Source: Octopus bimaculoides
Taxonomy: Eukaryota
Direction of reading: 5' to 3'
Assembly (NCBI RefSeq): GCF_001194135.2
Contig: NC_068982.1
Coordinates: 64,996,303 to 65,060,302, forward strand
DNA length: 64,000 nucleotides
Position numbers and translations under genes: made by a program. Positions 39,603 through 50,273 of this stretch are shown here, one piece after another. The notes below the pieces were generated by a model. That model saw nothing but the letters and a program-made list of their open reading frames with translations, had not been told where the DNA came from and made no database searches. Position 1 is the stretch's first letter. Each line of letters opens with the position of its first letter.

Positions 39603-39933
39603 GTGGAGGCTCAATGGCCCAGTGGTTAGGGAAGCGGACTCGCGGTCATAGGATCACAGTTTTGATTCCCAGACCAGGTGTTGTGAGTGTTTATTGAACG
39701 AAAACACCTAAAGCTCTACGAGGCTCCAGCAGGGGATGGTGGCAAACCCTGCTGTACTCTTCCACCACAACTTTCTCTCACTCTTGCTTCCTGTTCCTGT
39801 TTCTGTTGTGCCTGTAATTCAAAGGGTCAGCCTTGTCACACTGTATCACACTGAATATCCCCGAGAACTACGTTAAGGGTACACGTGTCTGTGGAGTGCT
39901 CAGCCACTTGCACGTTAATTTCACGAGCAGGCT
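39603..39933 (+). mobile_element. Same young SINE family, plus orientation, cut by a gap
   Basis: gtggaggctcaatggcccagtggttaggg head; body matches the reverse complement of 38166-38550. Confidence 0.92.
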
Positions 39934-41557
39934 NNNNNNNNNNNNNNNNNNNNNNNNNNNNNNNNNNNNNNNNNNNNNNNNNNNNNNNNNNNNNNNNNNN
40001 NNNNNNNNNNNNNNNNNNNNNNNNNNNNNNNNNNNNNNNNNNNNNNNNNNNNNNNNNNNNNNNNNNNNNNNNNNNNNNNNNNNNNNNNNNNNNNNNNNNN
40101 NNNNNNNNNNNNNNNNNNNNNNNNNNNNNNNNNNNNNNNNNNNNNNNNNNNNNNNNNNNNNNNNNNNNNNNNNNNNNNNNNNNNNNNNNNNNNNNNNNNN
40201 NNNNNNNNNNNNNNNNNNNNNNNNNNNNNNNNNNNNNNNNNNNNNNNNNNNNNNNNNNNNNNNNNNNNNNNNNNNNNNNNNNNNNNNNNNNNNNNNNNNN
40301 NNNNNNNNNNNNNNNNNNNNNNNNNNNNNNNNNNNNNNNNNNNNNNNNNNNNNNNNNNNNNNNNNNNNNNNNNNNNNNNNNNNNNNNNNNNNNNNNNNNN
40401 NNNNNNNNNNNNNNNNNNNNNNNNNNNNNNNNNNNNNNNNNNNNNNNNNNNNNNNNNNNNNNNNNNNNNNNNNNNNNNNNNNNNNNNNNNNNNNNNNNNN
40501 NNNNNNNNNNNNNNNNNNNNNNNNNNNNNNNNNNNNNNNNNNNNNNNNNNNNNNNNNNNNNNNNNNNNNNNNNNNNNNNNNNNNNNNNNNNNNNNNNNNN
40601 NNNNNNNNNNNNNNNNTAGTGACATTCATTTCTAATATTCGGCTGTTGCCAGTACCGCCTGACTGGCTTTCATGCCGGTGGCACATAAAAGCACCCACTA
40701 CACTCTCTGAGTGGTTGGCATTAGCAAAGGCATCCAGGTGTAGAAACTCTGCCAAATCAGATTGGAGCCTGGTGTAGCCATCTGGTTTCACCAGTCCTCA
40801 GTCAAATCGTCCAATCCATGCTAGCATGGAAAGCGGACGTTAAACGACGATGTGAAACATCTGGTCATAGAGAAATATTACCTAACATGGCCACAGAAAA
40901 GCATTCAGTCAGAAAATCTGTCTCAACAAATTCTGTCCAACTTGCTGATCACAATGGGCTTCCTCATATTCTTGTAACTCTTCAAATGATGCAACCATGC
41001 TGGAATTGCTATCTTTCATTTACTAGATATATAATTAAAATAAAATTCAAGTTCTGGCTCTATCAATCTCTGATTCATGAAAAGATACATGAATATTAGG
41101 GACTATTCACATCTATATATGTTGTCTCCTACAATCATTGGCCTTGTGTCTAATAAAAGGCATCAATACTAAGGGTAGAATAAAGGTGGTGAGGTGGCAG
41201 AATAGTTAGCATGCCAGGTGAAATGCTTAGCAGCATTTCATCCATCTTCACATCTGGCAGTCAAATTCTGCTGAGCTTGACTTTGTCTTTCGTCCTTTTG
41301 GAATCAATAAAATCCATACCAGTTGAGCACTGGAGTTGATCTAATCAACTTATCCCCTCCCACCAAATTACTGGCCTTGTGCCAAAATTTGAAATCAATA
41401 CCATGGATAGAATGTTAGATTGGTAGACTTGTTAAATGCCTTGTAATATGTAATTAAGTATATGTCCTGAGTTCAAATCCCACTGGGGTAAATATAACAA
41501 AGGACCAGTCAAAATTCAGGAGCTGACTATTTTTCTCTCACAAGTTTAAGTCTTTGT

Positions 41558-41935
41558 GTCGGCACTCCGTCGCTTACGACGTCGAGGGTTCCAGTTGATC
41601 CGATCAACGGAACAGCCTGCTCGTGAAATTAACATGCAAGTGGCTGAGCACTCCACAGACACGTGTACCCTTAACGTAGTTCTCGGAGATATTCAGCGTG
41701 ACAGTGTGACAAGGCTGACCCTTTGAATTACAGGCACAACAGAAACAGGAAGTAAGAGTGAGAGAAAGTTGTGGTGAAAGAGTACAGCAGGGTTCGCCAC
41801 CATCCCCTGCTGAGCCTCGTGGAGATTTAGGTGTTTTCGCTCAATAAACACTCACAACGCCCAGTCTAAGAATCGAAACCGCGGTCCTATGACTGCGAAT
41901 CCGCTGCCCTAACCACTGGGCTATTGCGCCTCCAC
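41558..41935 (-). mobile_element. Young full-length tRNA-derived SINE
   Basis: 12-bp TSD ttaagtctttgt at 41546-41557 and 41936-41947. Confidence 0.95.
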
Positions 41936-42214
41936 TTAAGTCTTTGTACCTATGTTAGAAATCAATAAATGATGTTAAGAATGCTAGGGTTGCAGAAACA
42001 GTCAAGTGCAAGACAAAATACTTTGTTGTATTTAGGTGTGACCCTTTATACTTTGAGTGCAAATCATTGCAAAGGTCATTTAGAATTTTCAGCTTGCATG
42101 GTCAACAAGATATATATCAATCTAGTACTGGGGTCAATTAACCCTTTGCTTGTCTTCTTTTTATCACATGTAATACACAAAGTATATTTCTCTGGCATCA
42201 TGGTCATCATCATC

Positions 42215-42451
42215 ATTTAGCATCTGCTTTCCATGCTGGCATGGGTTAGATGGCTTGACTGAAACTGGCAAGCTGGAGCACCGCACCAGGTTCCAATCTG
42301 ATATGGCATGGTTTCTATGGTTGGATGCCCTTCCTAATGCTAATCTCTCCAAGAGATTACCATATCAGATTGGAACCTGGTGCAGTGCTCCAGCTTGCCA
42401 GTTTCAGTCAAGCCATCTAACCCATGCCAGTATGGAAAGCAGATGCTAAAT
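42215..42451. repeat. Long inverted repeat, 92-bp arms and 53-nt spacer
   Basis: 42215-42306 is the reverse complement of 42360-42451 with 2 mismatches. Confidence 0.95.
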
Positions 42452-43123
42452 AGATGCTTTTTACATGCTACCAGCACAAGTGCTAATTACTTGACATGAG
42501 CATCAGCCATAACTATGATTTTACTTGGCTTGACATGTCTTCCCAAGCACAGCATCACACCAAAGGTCTTGCTCACTTGTCATTAACTCTGTGAGGTCCA
42601 ACATTCTAAGATCATGCTTCACCATCTCATCACATGTTTTCCTGTGTTTTCCTGGGTCTACCTCTTTCACAGGTTCCCCACACATCAATTTTTTTCAGCC
42701 ATCAGTGTAACTTAGGACTTATGAAAGGAAAGCATGATATTACTCAAGATAACTGAAACAAGCACTAAACAAAAATTGGAAAACAAGCAAGGACACTTAA
42801 TCCTTTAGAATTCAAACTGGCCACATCCAGCCCAAAATGTTCTACCTGTTTTATGTCAAAACTGGCCAGTTCTGGCCTCTCACACCTATCTGATAATGTC
42901 ATTCAAATCATAAACAATCACATCCTAATTAATTCAAAAGAATGTGAATGAATATGCATAGCATTTGACAAAGTAATCTGAATGGGTTAAGGCAAATTTA
43001 TGAAAATACTTTGGACAGGCCAAGTGGCCTAATTATCTCTCTCAAAAGTCTGTGACCATGTTATCAATGATTGATAAAGGCATGACTGTCACAACAAACC
43101 ACATTCTCTCATAAAATTTTATT

Positions 43124-44262
43124 ACTACCATTATAACAAACTTCTGTTTAACTACTGCTATCATTCCTACCTTCATTACCATCACTACTATGACAAGCTG
43201 TTTCCACACTCATCACCATCACCACAAGCACTATCACCGCTTTGATGATCATCTTTTATCTTTTATTTGTTTCAGTCATTTGACTGTGGCCATGCTGGAG
43301 CACTGTCTCGAAGGGTTTTAGTTGAAAAAAATTAACCGCAGGACATTTATTTTTAAGCCTAGTACGATCGAAAACATTGTAAATAAAGATATAGTATATC
43401 TCTCACTTCAACGACCTGTTATATCACCCACATAAAAAAACTGGTGACTTTCTGATGTGATGTCGTAGATAAACCACCACATCATAAAATTGGGGATTTA
43501 GTAAAAACTACATAAAATTTTATATAGAATATAAACAGTTTATTATACAAATTTTAATAACAGAAATAAATTCAACAAGTTGAAAGAAATGAGAAGTAAA
43601 AGGAATTAAGTTTCTACATTAATTTATTATATACTTTTTTGGCATTTATAGTACATTTAGAAATAAAGTCATTTCATCGTAGAGAATTACCACTTAAATT
43701 TTATACTAACAAATCTTTCATTCTAGCTATAAGACTTCACAACAATTCAATATTGTTGGATTTGAGTATTGAACATGGCATAAATATTAGCCAATACTCA
43801 AAAGGGTGAGTGTCGTGGATTTGAGTGGTATCCAATGATCACTGGAATGTTTACCGAAAATCAGGGTTTATATAACTGTTCATACACGAATCCTTGTAAA
43901 AGACTTCTTCAACGAAGTTCAGAATTCGTATATGGGCAGTAATTTTCAATCAATGAGAATTCCATAATTTCTCATGTTCGGGCAAACGAACTTACGTTCT
44001 CTCTCCACCTCTTATGAGTTTGCCACACTATCATTATAACAAACTTCTGTTTAACTACTGCTATTATTCCTACCTTCATTACCATCACTACTATGACAAG
44101 CTGTTTCCACACTTATCACCATCACCACAAGCACTATCACCGCTTTGATTATCATCTTTTATTTGTTTCAGTCATTTGACTGTGGCCATGCTGGAGCAGT
44201 GTCTCGAAGGGTTTTAGTTGAAAAAAAATTAACCGCAGGACATTTATTTTTAAGCCTAGTAC
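43124..44262 (+). repeat. About 240-bp direct duplication (43124-43365 and 44027-44262) flanking a 661-bp insert
   Basis: Near-identical copies; the SINE portion is truncated in copy 1 and continues in copy 2. Confidence 0.92.
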
Positions 44263-44677
44263 TGATTCGATCATTCCTTTTTGCTGAGCTGCCAGGTTAT
44301 GGGAATGTAAACACACCAATACTAGTAGTCAAGCGGTGGGGCGGGGGGACAAACACAGACACAACGACACACATGCACACACACTCATTCTTTTATTCGT
44401 TGACTGGTTTCAGTCATTTGATTGTGGCCATGCTGGAGCACCACCTTGAAGTGATTTTGTTGAACAGTTTGACTCCAGGACTTATTTTTTAAGCCTAGTA
44501 CTTATTCTATCGGTCTCTTTGCTGAACCGATAAGTTGCAGAGATGTAAACACATTAACACTGGTTGACAAGCCATGATGGGGTTGACAAGTCATGATGGG
44601 GTTGACAAGTCATGATGGGGTTGACAAGCCATGATGGGGGGACAAACACAGACACAAAGACACACATAGATATACAT

Positions 44678-44709
<32 letters not shown>

Positions 44710-44764
44710 CACACAGCTATGTCTGCACCTATTGTCAATATGATCAGCATCAAACTTTCCATAA

Positions 44765-45190
44765 ATGCTTTTCACCACCACCACCACCTACCATCCACAC
44801 CATCACCAACATTATTCCACAACCGTCACCACTCCTATACCATTACGAACATCACTTACTACTACTACCACCACCTTCATACCATTGCTACGACCAACAC
44901 TGTTATACCACCACCACCCACACCATTACCAACATAACTCCACAACCATCACCATTCCTATACCATTACAAATATCACTTACTACTGCTACCACCACCAC
45001 CCCCATACCATTGCTACGACCAACACTATTATACCATTTCCATTATACCCATCTCCTTACATCATCACCAACATTACTCCACAACCATCTTCCCTCCCAC
45101 TCTCACCTTATACCATCTCCAACATCACCATTATCATCATCCCCGCTACTATCACCACCACTACAACCCCTCCCCTTTTATTATACCAAT
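44765..45190. repeat. Degenerate (cac/cat/tac)-rich tandem repeat with a roughly 120-bp higher-order unit
   Basis: ccaacattattccacaacc...ataccattgctacgaccaacact occurs twice plus a partial third copy. Confidence 0.75.
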
Positions 45191-45246
45191 GTCACTACCA
45201 TTACTATTCAAAGCAATGGGTCTTAAACGGAAGCGACCAGACCTAC

Positions 45247-45342
45247 CTTAAATAAAGAATATTAGTGACATTTGTTGTGTTCTCCCCAAATTTTATTAAT
45301 GGGAAGATCGAGTTTGCTTTGATATAATTCCTCCTCTCTTTG
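45247..45342 (-). CDS. Candidate internal exon, KERRNYIKANSIFPLIKFGENTTNVTNILYL
   Basis: Acceptor ttctccaacaccatag, donor AAG|GTAGGT, 96 nt, phase 2-2, only one open frame. Confidence 0.5.
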
Positions 45343-46081
45343 CTATGGTGTTGGAGAAGTTTAAAAAGCCATCTTAATATTATAAAATATAACCGATTGT
45401 CCATCCCTTATCTATCCTCACAGCCCTCTTCCTCTCCTACAAGAAACGTTTACTCAGGGAACTTCTATATAGTTACTAGACCTGCTAGAGATAACAGTCA
45501 AATCTCACCCAAAACACCCCTACCTCACTATCTCAGAAAAGGACACATTAGATAATGTGATCCTGAGTTCCATGTATATAGAAAAAGATGTGATAGTCAT
45601 GGCTGGAATGTCTTTGATCACAGATCTGCTCAGTTAGGTCTCAAATGGAGTGAAATACCACTACCAACAACAAGAGAAGAATATATCAGTGTTATGGAGA
45701 GTAAACAATTTTAAGATAAAGATACTTTTGATAGTGGTTTATACATCTGTGTGTGTATAAATGTTTGTGTATATAAGAATGCAACTGCATGTGTGTGTAT
45801 ATGTGAGTATGCATAAGTATGTGATTTGCATATATGTAAATATGTGTGTATTTGCATATAAGTATGTATGTTATGTGCACGAGTATACATGCAGGTTTTT
45901 GTGTGTGTAGATCTGTACATTCAAGTATGTTTATGTGTGAATGCACATCTAAGTGTATGCACATGTTTGTATATGCTTATCTTATACCAAATTGTTTCTC
46001 ATTGAAAGTCTTGTGTTTTTAATGCTCTTTTTTTTTTTTTCCTTAGCTTTCATTAAACATTATATTTCTCTATTTCCTCAC

Positions 46082-46207
46082 TCCGTCCGGGTGGCCAGTG
46101 GAAACTGTAAATGGATTGTCGTGCGAAACTTGTCCAACAGGTTTCTTTCACTTTTACTTCTATGACTCAGCCAAATGTTTTCCCCTTCGCCAAAGCTGAA
46201 TGAATTG
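46082..46207 (-). CDS. Candidate internal exon, NSFSFGEGENIWLSHRSKSERNLLDKFRTTIHLQFPLATRT
   Basis: Strong acceptor cttctgcttacctctcacag, donor GGA|GTGAGG, 126 nt, phase 2-2, CpG-retaining, lies in a 75-codon ORF; upstream alternative acceptors exist. Confidence 0.6.
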
Positions 46208-46728
46208 CTGTGAGAGGTAAGCAGAAGTTTGTCACCTGGTAAAACAATGGTCTTAATATTATATAGTCTGTCATACAGCAATGGAAGACATGTAAACTGT
46301 CTCACATAGAATAAATAGACATTTACATTTTCATAATCTTTTTTTTTGTGTCTTTTGTCTTTTTATGAAATTACCAGAGTTGGTTGAATGTTCACTATAA
46401 TGCCCTCTTGCTGCTTTTCCTGATCATCATTTAACATGTTGCCAACCATCAGTTGTTTTCAAGCAAAGTAATATTTCTCTATGGCCAGGCACATTTTTCA
46501 CGGAAGCCTGGATATGATCAACAGTAATTGTATTAAGGTGATGTTTATTTACAACCATTATGTGATGTCAAGATGCACAAACATGCACATACACATACAA
46601 GGCTTTGGTCAGCCCAGGGCTATAGTAGTAGATACTTACCAGAGGTACCTCGCAGTGGAACTGAAACTGAAACCCGCATAGTTGGGAAGCAAGCTTCTTA
46701 ACCATTCAGCCATGTGAGTCCTCTAAAT

Positions 46729-46991
46729 CGGTGGTTCCCAAAGTGGGCAGTATTGCACCCACTGGGAGTAGTGGAAAGTTCCAAGGGGGCATTGAAGAAA
46801 AGTGGGACAATAATGGGGTAGCAATTCATGTAAAAACAACAAAATAATAGGTTTGTAAGGTTAAGTTTTATTTGTTAAATACAGTTGCTTTGAAGAGGTC
46901 TATGTTTGTGATGGTTAGTTGGGGTGGAGACGCTAGGAATGTGGCCTGGGTGTCAAGGGGGTGGCAGCCCAAAAGAGTTTGAGAACCACTG
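46729..46991. mobile_element. hAT-type MITE
   Basis: TIR cggtggttccca / tgagaaccactg; 8-bp TSD ctctaaat. Confidence 0.88.
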
Positions 46992-47448
46992 CTCTAAATG
47001 GTTGCTTTACCTCCTACTAGGAAAAAAAAAAGAAAATTGCCAAATTTTCTCAGTACCATATCCTACTGTCTTACTAAAAGTAAGGAGACAATGAGTCATA
47101 TGGTTCTGGATAATTGTGTGAGTTTCAAAATATAAAGGAGAATCAGAGAGGGAGAACCATTGTGCATAAGTCTGTTAGATCAGGATAGATCTTGGGATTA
47201 ACAAGGTTCAAAGTAAGATGACTGTAATCAGCAATTGAGATGGGTAATGAAAGGATCGTAAGCAGAGTAAGAAGGAGGAGGAGGAGGAGAAAGCTTTTAC
47301 CTCTGCTGGAAGTAAAAGGTATATTTCTCAGAGTGAAGGGCAGATTGTGTGATGCTTGTGTGTGACATGTTATGCAGTATGGTAAAGAGATGTGGACCTT
47401 GAATGCAGGGGATTTATGAAAGACCTGAGGGAGGATGGCTTATAGTAC

Positions 47449-47514
<66 letters not shown>

Positions 47515-47889
47515 NNNNNNNNNNAGAGACAGACAGACAGACAGAGACAGACAGACAGAGACAGACAGACAGAACATGGGAGAGAGCAAGCAAATGGTAA
47601 TCATAGATTAGCTGGGCAATAGAAATGGGCTGGGAATTGGTACAAGAGAGCGAGAGTGATGGGTAGTTGTACAGTTGGGCTGGTGACAATAAAAGAGAAT
47701 GATGGGTGTTGCTAACCAAGTAACCTGGGCGAGAAGGACTGATGACAGAAGATAGATGGCAATGAAGTGTATTGGACACTAACAGTTCCTCATTAAACAA
47801 GCATCATGAAGGCAATGAGAGAGAGAAAGAGAGAGGTAATGGTAATACAGATGGTGACTGAGACAGTTATTGATGAAGGGCAGATTTAT

Positions 47890-48400
47890 TACCAGTCTTT
47901 GTCACATAGGTGGAATGGCACAGTGAGTGAGAGGGTGAGTGATAGACATGAAAAGGTATTCAAGAGGCAAGGAGCAGGGAAGTAAATGGAGGCTGAATAG
48001 GAAATCACTGGGCCAGAGACCCAAATGTGGATATACAACCCAGTCTTCATTACTTCTAACATTTTACCTGCTTCTAAGGGTGGGAAGTAACTTCTCCAGC
48101 ACCACATGTTGACAATCATCAACAGTCCTTTGTTCCGAGTGTCCTTGTAATGAGTCAAGGCAATTTTCACCACTTCATGCTATGTCCTCTTACATCTACC
48201 TCTTTCCACAAGTTTCAACCATTTTGAGTGTTTAGCACTCCCTTATACAGTTGTCACCTTTCATATGCATTTCATACTCATAACAGTGCAGTTATCTCTC
48301 TTGTACTCCACATCACCATAACAGATTCTTTATATTTAGTTTGTAAAAGTTTGATAGTTGCAATAGAGACATTAGTCTCTCTCTATCACCTTTAAACATA
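47890..48400 (-). mobile_element. Decayed RTE-like LINE RT region
   Basis: HYKDTRNK segment resembling MYxxxxSKV and a degenerate GLHQGS region; same family as 48.8-49.7 kb. Confidence 0.5.
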
Positions 48401-48479
48401 ATTATATATTAAGAAAACAGTAGAACAATTAACAACATAATAAAAATAAGTTTTATTTTTGATGATGCTTGGTTTTACA

Positions 48480-48795
48480 AACCCCGTGTCATTCAGCTTA
48501 GCAGCGGCTGATTAACTTGTAATCGGTATTGGAAGGTTAAGAGCTTCCTTGATGCATGCCAGAGGAGCAAGTAGCTATCACATCGAAAGGCATTGTGGTG
48601 AAGAGTGCTTCGTTGAGGAGCAAGGTGTTGTCAAGTCGAAGGTATCGCGCTCAACAGGCTTAGAAAGTGAAACAAACTCTTTAAGTAGTAGTTTTACTAC
48701 ACATGTGTACTCGAGGGGCTTCCGGGAAGGCAAGTCCCTTGCGCATGCGCAGATAGTACTTCCTCAATGGCGGCTATAATTTCGCGCCACTACAA
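48480..48795. promoter_or_regulatory. CpG-rich candidate promoter with NRF1, ETS, YY1-like and E2F-like motifs
   Basis: TGCGCATGCGCA at 48740-48751, CTTCCGG at 48719-48725, ACTTCC at 48758-48763, AATGGCGGC at 48766-48774, TTTCGCGCC at 48780-48788. Confidence 0.6.
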
Positions 48796-49680
48796 GTTTT
48801 TCTCACAGCTTATTTGTGTTCCATCATTCTTGCACACTAATATTGAATACCCAGTGTAGTATGCCAGCTTCATTTCTATCCAGTCTTTAGAAACCCTTGC
48901 ATTCAAAACCCACATCTCACTACCATGCAGCATAACACTTCGTACACAAGCATAATACAATCAGCCTTTTACTCTGTGTGAGTAATAGAGGTAATAGTTT
49001 TCTCTGCCCTGATTACTCTGCTTTCAGTACACCCACCTCTGTTGCTGATTAGGTCACCTAACTTATTTTGAAGCCTCTTAATTCTAGGTTATGCTTCCAG
49101 CTCTAACATTTCTTTTCCAAATCTACAGATTTGGCTATAAGGATTAGGTCATCAGCATAGAGAAGTTCCCAGAGACAGGCATGTTTTAAAGTCCTCTCTT
49201 ATGGGAGGTAGAACTATAATAAACAGGAGAGGGTTTGCAACAGAGGCCTGATGAACCCCTACCTATATGTTAAATTCATAGACCTTATTGCTGACTCACT
49301 TTACTGAGTGTGCCTTTGTACATGGTTTGTACTGCCCTCACAGGCTATTTATCTACACCTAGTTTCCTTAGTAATCATTAAATTAAATTTATGGTATTCT
49401 GGTAAAGGCCTTCTCCAGAGCAACAAATACTTGATATAGGGGCTTACCCTTAGCTAAATTCTTCTCATATAGTCATCTCATTAGGAATATGACATAAGTT
49501 ATACTTGTTCTAAGCACAAACTTGGACTATCTTGTCTAGGCTAATTCTGTTTCAAATCAATTGTGCTATGGCAGCTTTCTGTAATCATTACCTAGTTGAA
49601 CAATTTGATGCCTCTATAATTGCCCCACTCAAGTGCATCTCCTTGTAGTAGTTGATAATGATGCTACTAAACATTAGGCA
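48795..49680 (-). mobile_element. RTE-like LINE RT fossil
   Basis: Minus translation includes LLYADDL, FCYLGDLIS and YACVRSVMLHGSEMW. Confidence 0.85.
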
Positions 49681-49840
49681 TGACACCTTCCTATACTACC
49701 TGATTATAATATATATAAATATACATTAATTAATGTAATTTATTTATGTATTTGCGAGGGGGAGGGGGGAGAGAGAGAAAAGCTGACTAACAAAAAAGTG
49801 CTACAGTAGAAGGCTGCAATTTTATTTATTTGCTTCTCAG

Positions 49841-50160
49841 TACATTTGCTGGCAGTGCATATTAATTAACAAAAGTACTAAGCAGCATGAATGAGATTAA
49901 TTGTAAGTTTACATATGCACGTTTAGTAAACATACATTTAGCTTCTCTGGGCAAATAGGTGCTGAGGTGAAACCACAGGGAATTTTCTGCAGAATAAACC
50001 TAAAAAACAGCTTCACTAGTTTTGTTTGGTTATTGCTGTTTTTTTTTTTAGGGAGTATCTAACACCAAAAGAAATAGACACACCTGATGAACCAACAATA
50101 TGAGTTGTTCTCCCATTCTTTTAGCAGAAAGATTCCTGGTGTTTTATCCCAGGTCTCACA
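49841..50160 (+). other. Two candidate spliced exons (49841-49902 and 50052-50160), non-coding or 5' UTR
   Basis: Acceptors ttatttgcttctcag and t-run+ag; donors GTAAGT and GTAAGG; first exon closed in all frames; ATG at 50100 open to the donor. Confidence 0.35.
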
Positions 50161-50207
50161 GTAAGGCTGAATGTTTATTAAACATATGCAGGTACACTTA
50201 TTTACAG

Positions 50208-50273
<66 letters not shown>

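Noticed and set aside
39833-40791. Long ORFs of 234-314 aa
   Set aside because: Made up of N-gap residues; the same applies to ORFs at 34.0-34.4, 52.5-53.4 and 61.1-61.5 kb
44765-45226. Thr/His/Pro-rich mucin-like 153-aa ORF
   Set aside because: Low-complexity tandem repeat with no coding signals
48767-48859. Plus-strand ORF MAAIISRHYKFFSQLICVPSFLHTNIEYPV resembling a mitochondrial presequence
   Set aside because: From about 48795 the sequence is antisense RTE LINE, and the frame closes at TAG
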